DNA from: Octopus bimaculoides
Taxonomy: Eukaryota
Length of the DNA: 41,083 bases
Direction of reading: 5' to 3'
NCBI RefSeq assembly: GCF_001194135.2
Contig: NC_068981.1
Coordinates: forward strand, 151,284,893-151,325,975
Both the position numbers and the translations under genes were made by a program. How positions within the stretch are numbered: position 1 is the first letter of the stretch; each line of letters starts with the position of its first letter. Shown piece after piece: positions 10,914-23,714 of the stretch. The notes beneath the pieces are model-generated. The model was not told the origin of the DNA. It worked only from the letters and a program-made list of their open reading frames with translations, and did not search any database.

Positions 10914-12600
10914 TACTAGCAGAGATACGCGGCATTGACCGTGTTACATGGAACTGAAGAATTAGACTTATCATATTTTCTATATGATTCGAATTTCATC
11001 AAAATTGGAGATTAAGAATTTTAATGGGGGTTCTTTCCTTCTTTACACACTCTAACAAAAATTCTAACCATGTCATATTTATCCCATACTACACATTTTT
11101 ATGCCCAGATTCCAAAATCCAAATCTTATAAAACCTATTCAAAGGTTGTTGCTCCTGAAAAATGGAGCACATGGAGCTCTGAAACGTGGGAGTTACGGTC
11201 CCGATTAGAGGATCTTAAAGTCAAGCAGAAAAATTGAATTGTTGGGTATCTTTTTTAACTTGTGTCTTATATCTGTTGTTTAAATTTCTCTGAAATCGGA
11301 AATATACGAATGTTCACTAGGTTTGTAAAAGAGAGCAAAGCTACAGGTAACCAAAAGAGGAATTATCACAATAAGCAGTCAGCTACTCTACTCTAGTCGT
11401 TACCATTCCCCATTGTAGGATTCCTCACCATACAGGTGACCCGAACAGCCGTAAGATGCATTACAGATGTATAGCAATTGGAAGGTCATGACCCAACTGA
11501 AATAAACATTAACAACTGTGTGATGTGAGGTCTAAGAGGAAATGAAAGTGTTACCTCTGGAGTTTGCCAATGATCACTATGCCAATAGGTAACTGAACAG
11601 AATAAATTTGCAATCTATAAATCTCTTTGAATGACCAATCACTTATCTGGAAAGGCCTTGAAATCAATGTTATTGTCTGGGGACTATCTCAAAGGAGGTC
11701 TGCAACCAAATAACTTTACTGAAAATAACACTTTGCAACTGAACCAGTGGAGGCAAAGATGCTTCTCCTTTACTTGACAATTTATGCACCACTTTGCAGA
11801 ATTTAAAATTTAAGTATATCTCAAAGCAATCTCTTACATTGTTGTACCATTGAATTACAAATAACGCGCATCTTGTATGGTCGGGTGACTCTGTAGCTTC
11901 CAAGATTACAACTGTATTCGTCTTAGCTTAGGAAAAATGACTAAGTTGTGGTAGGTTAAGCCCCCATTTAAGGGTTTTACTAACGTTAGGAATATTACTT
12001 CATTTGCGTCTAATATCTTTGGTTAAAATTTCATCAACAGCAAAGTTATATGAATTTTCATGGAGGTTGTGGCCTCATTTATGCCCCCTCAATTTCAAAC
12101 CTCCATTGGATTACATCTGTTCTTATGCATAGAATATAATATCCAAATTTCGTAAAGATCCGTCCAGTACTTTTGACCTATTTTTGGATCATAAAAAATG
12201 GCTAAAATTTTGGCGTTAAGGCTCTCATTATGGGGTCTCAGAATCCTCATGAGAAGCGGAGACTTTGGAAATATTTCTTGATTTGTGTCAATTACCTTTG
12301 GTTGAAATTTCATCAACATCAAAAATTCATGAATTTTCATGGGGGGTTCTGCCTCCTTTAAGTTACCTCAAATTCAAACCAAACATATTGTTTTATACTT
12401 GCCCTTATGCATTGAATGTAAGTTCCAAATATCATAAGGATTCATTCAATAATTTTAGTCCATGACACTGTTTGACTCATATGGCATTACCTTTCTCCTT
12501 GGCTTGGAATTTGTGTTCGAAATTTCATTAGGATCGGTGCAGTGGTTTTCGAGTCGATAAGTAACGCACAAACACACATAGCCATTGACTTATATATATA
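10914..12600 (+). mobile_element. Probable non-autonomous Helitron-like element(s), possibly carrying inserts
   Basis: Start TACTAGCAGAGATACGCGGCATTGACCG. Internal repeats TTGGTT(A/G)AAATTTCATCAACA...TGAATTTTCATGG at about 12020 and 12298. End AAATTTCATTAGGATCGGTGCAGTGGTTTT...CAAACACACAT...(TA)n is typical of Lep1-like termini. Confidence 0.45.
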
Positions 12601-12756
12601 TATATATATATAATTTAGAGAAAAAAGACACAATTATTTAATTCATCCATGAAAATCCACAGTCACATATAGAAAAATTTAATAAGTAAATACACTATGA
12701 AGACCTATAATAAAAATCAAAAAAGTGCAAAGTAATAAAAATTAAAATAGTAAAAA

Positions 12757-12875
12757 TTACTACACGTGTTTCATAACCACATTTTCAAATAGAAAATAAA
12801 ATAAAAATCAAATCGATTCAAAATAAATCGATCGAAAATCAATTCTATTCTAACATATAGCTAATCTTCAGGTAA
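12757..12875 (-). ncRNA. Type I hammerhead ribozyme with long helix II (HHR-A)
   Basis: Minus strand: TTAC-CTGAAGA(12871-12865)-long imperfect hairpin (AGCTATAT/ATGTGGTT, AATAGAA/TTCTATT)-GAAAC(12772-12768)-ACGT-GTA^(12761)-GTAA. Helix III ACACGTGT is a perfect palindrome; helix I is only 4 bp. Confidence 0.72.
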
Positions 12876-13176
12876 AAATACAATAATAATAATAAAATCA
12901 ATGTATATATTTTCGAAGCTATAGTTTAAATTAAAATTTTAAACGTTATACTTTAAACTAAGAGTTTGTTAGAATTAAGTCGCGTGAAAATATGGTGTAA
13001 AGAAAAGTAATAGAATAAAGAGTTATATAAATATATATTTAAGTTCTATTTATAAACTCAAAGTGTAATTTAGCTGTAATCATAATAAAATTTTACAGTA
13101 TTATAAACATATATATTATATATTGTGAAATTTAATTTCCCTGTAAATTTGGAATTTTTTCCCTAATATTATTGTC

Positions 13177-13230
<54 letters not shown>

Positions 13231-13277
13231 TATACATACATGTATGTGTGTGTGTGCGTGTAAATGATAATATATTG

Positions 13278-13559
13278 GTATTTTTAGATAAGCTTAAAGT
13301 TTATGGCGTTCACCATGCATGGATTAAGGAAAATAGTCTAATAACGAGGCATATAAGCACTTGACAGAAAAAAAGGCTTTCCTATCAGCGTTGGAGCGTA
13401 ACACACTTTGTCATGTTAACAAAGGAATGTGGGTTTGCGTCCCACGCCGATGGCAAAGCCTTCTTTTTTCTGTCGAGGGCTTATATGCTCCGTTATTAGA
13501 CTATTTTCCGTAGTCATTGCACGGTGAACGGCATAAACTTTAAGCTTATATAAAAATAC
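13278..13559. mobile_element. Foldback/MITE-like near-perfect palindrome of 282 bp
   Basis: Left arm ATAAGCTTAAAGTTTATGGCGTTCACC...GGAAAATAGTCTAATAACG...GACAGAAAAAA is reverse-complementary to the right arm ending GGTGAACGGCATAAACTTTAAGCTTAT. Centre about 13415; no ORF. Confidence 0.85.
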
Positions 13560-13647
13560 TATTATTATTATTTACAGGATTGTAAAATACGGCACCGTAT
13601 AATAAAGCCATTCGCACCGAAAGCAGATATATATATATGCTTACTAT

Positions 13648-13950
13648 AGCCTCAGGCTGTCCAAAATCTTGTGAGTGGATTTCGTACTCGGAAGCTGAAA
13701 GAAGACTGTCGTATATATGTCTATGTTTGTGTATGTGTGTGCCTGTGTCTTGTGTTTGTACCCCCATCATTGCTTGACAACTGATGCTGCTGTGTTTACA
13801 TTCCTGTAACTTAGCGGTTTGGTAAAAGACACTGACAGAATGAGTACCCTGGCTTACAAAGAATAAATCCTGTACTTGATTTCTTCGACCAGCGGCGGTG
13901 CTCCACCATGGCCGCAGTCACATGACTGAAACAAGTAAAGCAATAAAAAT
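13648..13950 (+). mobile_element. 5'-truncated octopus OK-type SINE
   Basis: CTTGTGAGTGGATTT...GAAAGAAG, internal TG-rich tract, GCTTGACAAC, GTAACTTAGCGGTT, tail GGCGGTGCTCCACCATGGCCGCAG...GACTGAAACAAGTAAA. Family name is from memory. Confidence 0.75.
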
Positions 13951-14007
13951 CTATGTCATTTTAATCCCCAGCAAGGCCAGGTATCTCTGCTAGTATATAT
14001 ATATATA

Positions 14008-14340
14008 TATCTGTAAAAATATGTGACACTTATTCGGTAGCCATGATAAAACTCCAAGTTTCGGATGCCGGGGTGGGAACTCACGCCGCTATCTCTTCAG
14101 TTATCCGGCCATTGAAAATTCCTGTGAAAAATGACTGTTAAATAAAGGGAAATTACTGTGTGGTTGACCATTATTAAGACAAAAGAGCAATGGGCCGCTA
14201 GGTAAGGATATGGAGTAAAGGTAAGGGAGAAGAAAAAGCTATAGTGTTCGCGTAAGCGCACCAATCTGTACATTCGCTTATATGTATATACTCAAACACG
14301 CTCGCTTGAAACACACATTCTTACACACATACTCGCCAAA

Positions 14341-14422
<82 letters not shown>

Positions 14423-15443
14423 GTATGCATATATATACCCGCATACACACCCACACACACACGTGCTCAACACCCTCGCATCCATACACACGCATGCAAA
14501 AAAATCACAGGGCTAAAAGCGAAATACAGAAGAAAGTGAGAAAAAGCTATACAGTTAAAACGCGTCTATATGCGCATATTTTCGCATGTACGCACAAACA
14601 TCTATATACGCACGTACCCGCACACATGCATACATTCACAAGCGCGCACATAAGGTTCCATGTACGCATCTATAGGAAAAAAGCGGGGTGGAGGGGAGAA
14701 TACAGAAAAAATATATGTGGAAAATATATACAAAACATTATTTCTATAAATATGTAAAAAATATAAAAAAATATATAAGAAAACTAAGTAAAAAGTATAG
14801 AGAGATAAAAAGCTTATACATAGACACAATATAGAAAGCAAGTCCTATCCGTAAACTCAGAGGGACCAAAAATGTAGCAAATATTTAGTCACATGTGGAC
14901 ATGATCCGAAAAGTTCAGTTCTTGAATTATAGACATGTGGCGAGGTCTAAGCTGCCTTTCCAGATGAGCCATCTTTCCATATCACATAGACCGCATCTTC
15001 CGCTGCCGCTGGTGTAAAGTTTACACTTGGCTAAGATCTTCCAATGGATGTTATAACTGACACCTTTATCTTTTAAGGTCCATATATTACTGGATAATTT
15101 GGTCGTTTTCCTTTTGTCCCAGTGCCTGAAGTTCAAGGTGAGATTATTGAATCTGGTTTTGAAATTACCCTCCGTAAGGCCCACGTATTTCTTCGTCGAA
15201 ACTATGTCATTATTGGATATAGAGTCCACGATGGCCTCCTAGATGATGGTTTCGGACATACAAGCTTCATTTAGCGGGCACAAATATTTATCTCTGCATG
15301 AACAGCTAGTTTCGTATTGTGGTTTTTGTGTGTTGTATGCGATTATATTTATCATGGTTACCGAATAAGTGTCACATATTTTTACAGATAAATTCGTCTA
15401 TTTACATAATATCGAGGTCTCTTTCTTTTGTTGTCCTTTCTAT

Positions 15444-15446
<3 letters not shown>
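14008..15446 (-). mobile_element. Penelope-like element (PLE): GIY-YIG endonuclease C-terminus, 3' pLTR with hammerhead, and 5' inverted segment; flanked by (TA)n
   Basis: Minus frame CSCRDKYLCPLNEAC...KKYVGLTEGNFKTRF...TKLSSNIWTLKD...WKILAKCKLY...RCGLCDMER is the Cys-rich linker plus GIY-YIG domain of PLEs. 14008-14050 recurs inverted at 15348-15390 (42/43 identical). Confidence 0.85.
14040..14109 (-). ncRNA. Type I hammerhead ribozyme in the PLE pLTR (HHR-B)
   Basis: Minus strand: GATAA-CTGAAGA(14100-14094)-helix II GAT..CGGCGTG/CACCCCG..ATC-GAAAC(14062-14058)-TTGGA-GTT^(14050)-TTATC. Helix I is GATAA/TTATC extended by GCC/GGC; helix III ACTTGGAGT is near-palindromic. Confidence 0.8.
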
Positions 15447-15482
<36 letters not shown>

Positions 15483-16429
15483 NNNNNNNNNNNNNNNNNN
15501 NNNNNNNNNNNNNNNNNNNNNNNNNNNNNNNNNNNNNNNNNNNNNNNNNNNNNNNNNNNNNNNNNNNNNNNNNNNNNNNNNNNNNNNNNNNNNNNNNNNN
15601 NNNNNNNNNNNNNNNNNNNNNNNNNNNNNNNNNNNNNNNNNNNNNNNNNNNNNNNNNNNNNNNNNNNNNNNNNNNNNNNNNNNNNNNNNNNNNNNNNNNN
15701 NNNNNNNNNNNNNNNNNNNNNNNNNNNNNNNNNNNNNNNNNNNNNNNNNNNNNNNNNNNNNNNNNNNNNNNNNNNNNNNNNNNNNNNNNNNNNNNCCCCC
15801 CCCCCCCAATAAAAAAGAAAAAGAAATTCAAAAGTCCAACAAAGTGAATATCTCTTCCTCCTACTATTCCCAAAAAACTGGAATATCTACAATTTCCTGT
15901 GAATATTTTAAATCTCCCTCAAAATAAAATGAGTTAGGAAACTTACATACCTACAGCTTTCGAGCACACAAACGATCTTAAAAAAATAAACCCTTTAACA
16001 TCTACAACTAATGACGACTTTCCTTTTTCCCTGAGTATTCCTTTCTCCTTGAGTATTCTTCCTTTCCTTTCTCCCTGAGTATTCGAAAATGTAAACATCA
16101 TCCTCCTTTTTATTCTAAGGACATGGTTATTTCTCTCTGTGCGGTCATACAAAAGACCATATTTAATAAATCTTAAAACTTTACTATCTACAAGTTGTTT
16201 TCTTTTCTTTTTGACTCTCCCTTAGTATACGGAAACGTAAACATCCTTTTCATTGCAAAAGTCCTACTGTATTCTCCAACTGGACAGACAAATAAACATC
16301 TGAAGAAAACTTAAAAGCTTTAATATATTACCCAAATACGTAAACACACCTTTTATTACAACACAATTGAATTCAGAAATTCAAAAATTCAACGACGTGA
16401 ATATCAGTATATATGTGAGTGTGTATCTA

Positions 16430-16460
<31 letters not shown>

Positions 16461-16720
16461 NNNNNNNNNNNNNNNNNNNNNNNNNNNNNNNNNNNNNNNN
16501 NNNNNNNNNNNNNNNNNNNNNNNNNNNNNNNNNNNNNNNNNNNNNNNNNNNNNNNNNNNNNNNNNNNNNNNNNNNNNNNNNNNNNNNNNNNNNNNNNNNN
16601 NNNNNNNNNNNNNNNNNNNNNNNNNNNNNNNNNNNNNNNNNNNNNNNNNNNNNNNNNNNNNNNNNNNNNNNNNNNNNNNNNNNNNNNNNNNNNNNNNNNN
16701 NNNNNNNNNNNNNNNNNNNN

Positions 16721-16751
<31 letters not shown>

Positions 16752-16770
16752 CATGTATGTATGTATGTAT

Positions 16771-16805
<35 letters not shown>

Positions 16806-17399
16806 ACTGCTTTTTCTACCAGTAATTACAAATAGAACAGGTTGAATTTCTTCTTTTCAAGGCAGCGCTCCCAGTATCCATTGGTAGTAGTAGACACATT
16901 TGACCTATGCTGACCCAAAGGGGGCGCAGATTCCTTTGTCTCTATGGCTGACCTCTCCACCATTTGCCGAATCTATCTATAAACCTGTAGGATATGATCT
17001 ATTTACCAAACTGCTAGCCAACTGTTCCATCCAACAAAGGTGGTAGTGGTGATGGTAATAATGATAAAAATTAAAATAATAATAGTATGCTGCAGCTGCT
17101 AATACTAAATACTACTAACACTACATTAATACTACAACTACTACTATTATGATAGCACAGGAATCTGAGGCCCAACTATCACCCTTACCACTACCCTCAC
17201 CCCTGCTACTGTTGCTGTTGCTGCAACCACTGCTGCTACTACACAGGAAAACAATAATATCAGTGATATCAGTGATGATGATAATGATAATGAAAAGAAA
17301 CGGGTGGAGCCTTCTCCTCATAATAGGTTGATAAATGATACATCTATTGATGGTGTCACAATAAAAATACTGGTAACTGCGCAACCTGATAATCGCTAC

Positions 17400-18557
<1,158 letters not shown>

Positions 18558-18990
18558 TCTAAGAAAAATTGAGCAATGGTTAAGAGGAACTGGTAAAATG
18601 GAAAAAAAGACCGACCAAGAAAAATTAGAGAAGAAATATAAAATAGGGAAGAACGGGTTTGATGCAGTAATAGAACAGTTAAAACAGAGGATCATGACAA
18701 AAAGCCAGAAGATCAGAAGATTTGTGCACAGAACTAAGCAGTTCTAGGAGAACTGTTTGTTCAAAAATAACCAGAAGCAATTCTTCCGAACGTTAGAAGG
18801 AGACAATGGGGAAAATGTTGCTCCTGAAAATCAAGCCAAGGAGTTCTAGAGCGGATTATGGGGAAACAATGTGGTGCATAAAAGGGGGGAAATGTTGATA
18901 GGAACTATCAAGACAGGAGGAAAGAAATAAAGTAATATTGTCGTAAGTACGGGCGATGTGAAAGAACAAGTGGATAAATTTCTTAACTCG
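18558..18990 (+). mobile_element. R4/Dong-like LINE fragment (pre-RT region)
   Basis: IEQLKQRIMTKSQKIRRFVHRTKQF*ENCLFKNNQKQFFRTL...EF*SGLWG, directly after (TAA)n(GAA)n. Confidence 0.7.
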
Positions 18991-19079
18991 AAAATGTGGA
19001 AAATGTGACCAACTTGGTAAGTAGATGTGAGAGCGTTGCACAAAAAGAATACAAGCACTGCCACGATAAAGTGTATTTG

Positions 19080-19570
19080 TAACTTCATTGGCTCTTATGC
19101 CGTAAATACCAATATGAAGGAACAGAGAACTGGTGTGACCATGTACCAAGTACATAACGCCCACCAGTCTAAAGGCCATCTTCACTGTCACTCACGTGTA
19201 GGACCACCAGCCTACCGCCCGGGTCCAAGAAGATTGCTCGACTATGAGACATAAGGACTTTCAGAATAGCACTGCCACCTGCTCCGGACAGACCACAAGA
19301 TGAGAATATCTCATAGTCACCGAGAATGGGCGCTAGTGCTTGTATATTAGAAACATTTGTCTCGCTATTTGCGCCAACATCTAATTCGTGCGACCTGAAA
19401 CCGTTGAGCAAGTGACTTTGCTTGCAAGCTGACCGCAGACCACGCACATTCGCACACGCTAATTTCAGAGCTGGGAATTGGAAAAAGAAATTAGGAGAAA
19501 GAAAAGAGCGGAGATCTCTCACTTTGATTTTTGAGGCGCCCAGGTATCCCGGACCTCTCTCCGGGTGACT
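19080..19570 (-). mobile_element. Tx1/L1-clade LINE fragment: ORF2 AP-endonuclease N-terminus
   Basis: LKLACANVRGL...SETN...IFLDPGGRLVVLHV carries APE motifs (NVRGL, ET, GR). Confidence 0.75.
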
Positions 19571-19617
19571 GTCTACTAAAAGTCCTTTTTAACAGTCTAA
19601 TAATAAGAACGTTTGTG

Positions 19618-19695
19618 GTACTCTGCTGAAGAAAGTTTCCCAAGTAAGATATATGTTTATCTTGCTAAATAACTTGAAACCATGGTACAGAGTAT
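19618..19695 (+). ncRNA. Type I hammerhead ribozyme with intact core (HHR-C)
   Basis: GTACTCTG(19618-19625)-CTGAAGA(19626-19632)-helix II AAGTT/AACTT enclosing AGTAAGAT/ATCTTGCT-GAAAC(19676-19680)-CATG-GTA^(19687)-CAGAGTAT. Helix I is 8 bp; helix III ACCATGGT is a perfect palindrome. Confidence 0.88.
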
Positions 19696-19923
19696 AGACT
19701 GGTAAAAGTTTTTATTTTTCATTCTCTTTCGAAATTATCCCTATTTTTGTGGTATAGAGTTTTTTGCTGCTCTTTCTAGCGGGTTAGATGTCCTATTATA
19801 GGCATCTCTGTATTTTAATGAATAATATATATATAGTCTTCTGACTAATTTTTATTCTCGCTGGACCACTGGTGGTAAAATAAATTTGAAAATTTTTTTT
19901 TGCTTCCCTATGATTTATTAATG

Positions 19924-19959
<36 letters not shown>

Positions 19960-19984
19960 TATATATACATATATATATCTATTA

Positions 19985-21298
19985 TTTTTTTCTTTTCTTT
20001 TACACATTCAAACCCAAAATCTGTGGTCATGCTGGAGCGCCACCGGTGTCTTTTCAGTGGCTATTCTTTTACGATTAGCCTTTGGTGAAGGAGGGAAATC
20101 GACGCTGCTCCTCTCGTTTGAGATTATTCATCAGGGAGCTTGGACAACCGAGATCAAGTCGTTTCCTCAACACTACCGCCCCTACACCAGTAAGATGTTT
20201 CAGATGTTTTGGGTGGGCATTGAATAGCTGTGGTCCCTTAAATCCCAACCTATTGCAATAGTGTATCGTCCTCACTCTAGACGGGATGACGGGGACCTTT
20301 GGAACAGTGCAGCGACGTCCAGTTCGGGGGTTAGTATAACTCTCGATGCCAAAGTTTGGTGCCAGTTCCTCCAGGATCTTCCACACGTACATCATAACAT
20401 ACCTCTCTTGTCTTCTCTCCAGGGAGTAGAGTTGTAGCCCTCAGTAACTCAGTTGTTACTTTGATGCAATCATCTGGGTGTAGCACTACTAAACTTCCAC
20501 TATTAAATTGACTCTGTGGGGTGACCACAGTTGAGAGCAGTATTCCAGGCAGTTAAGGACAAATGTCCTCTATAAGTCCAGCATAGTTTTCTGGCCCCTT
20601 ATTCTGAAGCTTCTGTATTGTATTCCAGTATTGCGCTTTCAGTATTTCACTAATCTTCTGGGGATCTGCAGTGGGTGTGCTATTTTCCTCGAGCGGTTAC
20701 CCCATCTTGTACCGTACTGAAGCAGACACTTTTGCAAATTTACTGAACGATTTAGGGTTTATTTTTATATTTTTGGAAGCCCTAGCTTCTTTCTCTGCTC
20801 TCTTCTTTCTTGTGGTAATGTTTGAGTTCATTTTCGATATTAATCAATATTTGTTTGAGATAGGGTCCTTCGCTATCCTGTAGTGGACCATTTAGACAGT
20901 TTGAGATTTTTGCTCGTTGTCTCATTAGAATCCTCTTATCCTTGGGAATTATATTTTCCTGTTGGGTTGGCGTTCTCTCTGGAGCAAACATGCTGCATTT
21001 GTAATGCATGATTGTCATAAACTGCTATATCTTTATATCAGTTTCTTGTGTTGCGAAACTGGTAGACGAAATTTGTTCCATGACTTCTTTCTCAATACCC
21101 TTCCTATCAGCTTTATAAAAGTTGAGGCTGGAGAGTAGGGTACATGTTAGTAGCCTGCACGTCTACTATTTTCTGTAGACCATACATCATTAGCTCTATT
21201 AAGTTAAGGTCCGAGAGAATCGTCAGTGCCACCTAAACGTTATGGATGAGCACCGCGTTATTCGTGAAGCAGATGTCCAGAACATTTTTACCCCTTGT
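19985..21298 (-). mobile_element. CR1-group (CR1/L2/Crack-like) LINE with the RT domain deleted, between (TA)n arrays
   Basis: APE C-terminus TRGKNVLDICFTNN...ILSD (about 21200-21298), then linker, then a jump near 20630 to the post-RT region LEYCSQLWSP...YSLERRQERYVMMYVWKIL...GFKGPQLFN, and a 3' UTR with tail hairpin at 20021-20044. Confidence 0.8.
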
Positions 21299-21364
<66 letters not shown>

Positions 21365-22199
21365 AGGAAAGTAACTCAGAAGAATGAGAAAGAGTCGTAT
21401 ATCAAATATTTAAAACAACCCCAATATATCATTTAATACGCTTGACGTAATCATTACACCACATACACAACAAAGACACATATACAATATATACAATAAT
21501 TACAAGCAATAAGATTTGCTTTATGATCTTTCGGCAAATATGTATGCATATGTGCGCATGTGTATGCACGTATGCATGTGTCTTTATATGTATATATACA
21601 CGCATAATCTATATAAGTGTGTACACACACACGCACACACACACAGGTATACCTCACAATATGGTACATGCTTTTGTGAGTATTTGTGTTTAAAGAACAA
21701 AAGAAAATTTACCTGAGTGGCTCACTCCTCCACACTGCAGGTATAAACTTGTTTCTGTTTGTTTATGCGTATGTGTTCGTATATTTATATACACGCGCAG
21801 ATACATACTCACACACACACATACACACACAAATCACCCCCACACGCGCGCGCGCACGTACACATGCACACACGCACACAAATACACGCTCACATTCAAT
21901 TAGAACATTTCACGGTATTCTGAAGAAATTAATCACTGTATCACGCAATTCAATTTGTTTGCGGAAACATTTTCACTTTGATTAAAGAAAAAGAAAAAGA
22001 GCAAAACACAACGATTATTCAATAAGAAATAAATGTAACAAGAGAATTTTTTATGTATGAGATGTGATAACTATTTCGCAGACGTAAACTTTTGATTTGC
22101 TAATTATCACAATATGGGAGTCAAACCGATAACATTTATCGGAGAAAAATAGCTTAAAATATTATGGCAATTTAAACATTAAAAAGTAGGTGAGAAAAC

Positions 22200-22704
22200 A
22201 GAGGGCAATGAAGGTATTTGGCATGGAATTATAAAACATTTTTAAAGGGTGGATGGATGAGGGTGAATGTAGAAAATGGATTAGAGAAGTTTGGAATTTA
22301 CGACCTGGTGGAATGCATTGGATGGTATAGAAGACGCTTGTCAATGGGCTGACAAGGATGACGAAGTGGATGATGTGCTTCCTCTAACTACGGACAGCGA
22401 AGATGAAGAGAATCCTTACGATGTTCCTAATGATTATGAAGCTTTATTCAGTACTGATGATGATGGACAGCATCATTTTTTAGGATTTTAATAAATTTTT
22501 GTGCGTAAAATGTACCGTAATTGTAATTTAAAGCTGTATTACCATAAACTTCTACTTCACTTTTTGTTTGCATAAATAAAAATTTGATAATTTATTGGTT
22601 TCTATTTACATTATTAATTATTTTGATATTTATTTTATATTTTGGGCCTTAAACTCCGCTGAATTTATGAAAAATAAAAATGCAACGAAGAAATTGGTAC
22701 GGTA
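22200..22704 (+). mobile_element. pogo-family DNA transposon relic, internally deleted
   Basis: GWMDEGECRKWIREVWNLRPGG (pogo DDE GWMD motif) is joined to the acidic C-terminus NALDGIED...FLGF*. TIR-like end TACGGTA at 22698-22704. Confidence 0.6.
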
Positions 22705-23366
22705 GTCTCTAATCTAGCCACGAAAAACAAAAACGTTTTCGGTGGAAACTGTTGCTGGTGGAAAGTGACGTTGTCCTTCTACTTCTTTTATCAGTTCTGG
22801 TATTTGATACATTAAGTTGCATTTAGTTCATTAGAAATAAAAATGCACCACTAATATACTGTACTATAATATACTTGTGATATGTGTGACTTTAATCCTG
22901 AATATAAAAATAGTGTAATGTTATTGAAGAGTTATGAAGTGAAACGCGCCGAGTAGATATCAGCTGTATGCATCGTATTACGGTAGGTAGTGACATGCTC
23001 AGTACCGGGTAGATATGTTACCGGTGATAATATAACATATAAATTGATTTCATTCTGCTCTTGTTAAGTTTGATGGGTACAAATAAAAGAGAAAGTGCAA
23101 ATATTTATAAGAGCTACACGGTCTTTTTATGGTTTTTTTTTTTTACTAGGATGTGTGATTTGACGCATAAAATTAATAATATTACTGTAATTCGTTGTGT
23201 TTTTGTTTTTATTCGCTTAGAGATGCGGTGGGCTTCTGCTGCTGATACGGTACTTCGGATTCTAGCTTGAATTCTAGTCCCTCAAAAGTAGTATCTATGT
23301 AATAGACGACCCCATAAACTTGACCTTAAAACATGGCTTTAAATATTCGACTTCTTACGAGTATAT

Positions 23367-23714
23367 ACGGCATTCCTTCTCAGTCAGTCACGTAATTCGA
23401 AAAACAAATCTTCACGTAATTACTTTCCCAGTGCTATTATTCCAAATAGGCTTGGACAGAGAATATGGGATTCGTGTTCCACCTCCTGTTACTGTTATTC
23501 CAGAAGCTGACAGATTAATTCAGATTAATTCAGTTGTGAAACATCCGATCAGAAATAGAGTTCTTTTCTCTTTGTATGACATATTCTGAATGTGTTATGA
23601 TTATATGCAATGTTTCCAACGATGTATGTATCGTTCGTAAAATCAAGCTATTACCTGTTGCTTCATCATTCATTGACATTCCTGCAAACAATGTTTATAA
23701 CACGCTACAAGATC
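23367..23714 (+). pseudogene. Disabled paralogue of exon 1 (PAN domain)
   Basis: Colinear with 547-901 (e.g. CGTAAAATCAAGCTATTACCTGTTGCTTCATCATTCATTGA). ATG is replaced by GTA (23416-23418); 10-nt tandem duplication CAGATTAATT x2 (23511-23530); TGA at 23537-23539 in the ancestral frame; two Cys lost; donor GT>TT at 23715. Confidence 0.88.

Noticed and set aside
10954-11000. CTGAAGA followed by an ATCATAT/ATATGAT hairpin
   Set aside because: Followed by GAATTT rather than GAAAC, with no helix I or III; lies in a Helitron-like repeat.
11440-11940. Possible Tc1-like relic on the minus strand (DHTRCALFVIQWY...)
   Set aside because: Only vague N-terminal resemblance, with no DDE motif or TIR identified.
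16290-16330. CTGAAGA-AAACTTAAAAGCTTT
   Set aside because: No GAAAC or cleavage triplet downstream.
21920-21970. CTGAAGA...GAAAC spacing suggestive of a hammerhead
   Set aside because: No helix II closing the core, no GUH after a helix III and no helix I.
22454-22480. CTGATGA followed by a TGATG/CATCA hairpin
   Set aside because: Followed by TTTT, not GAAA; it is the Asp-rich coding tail of the pogo relic.
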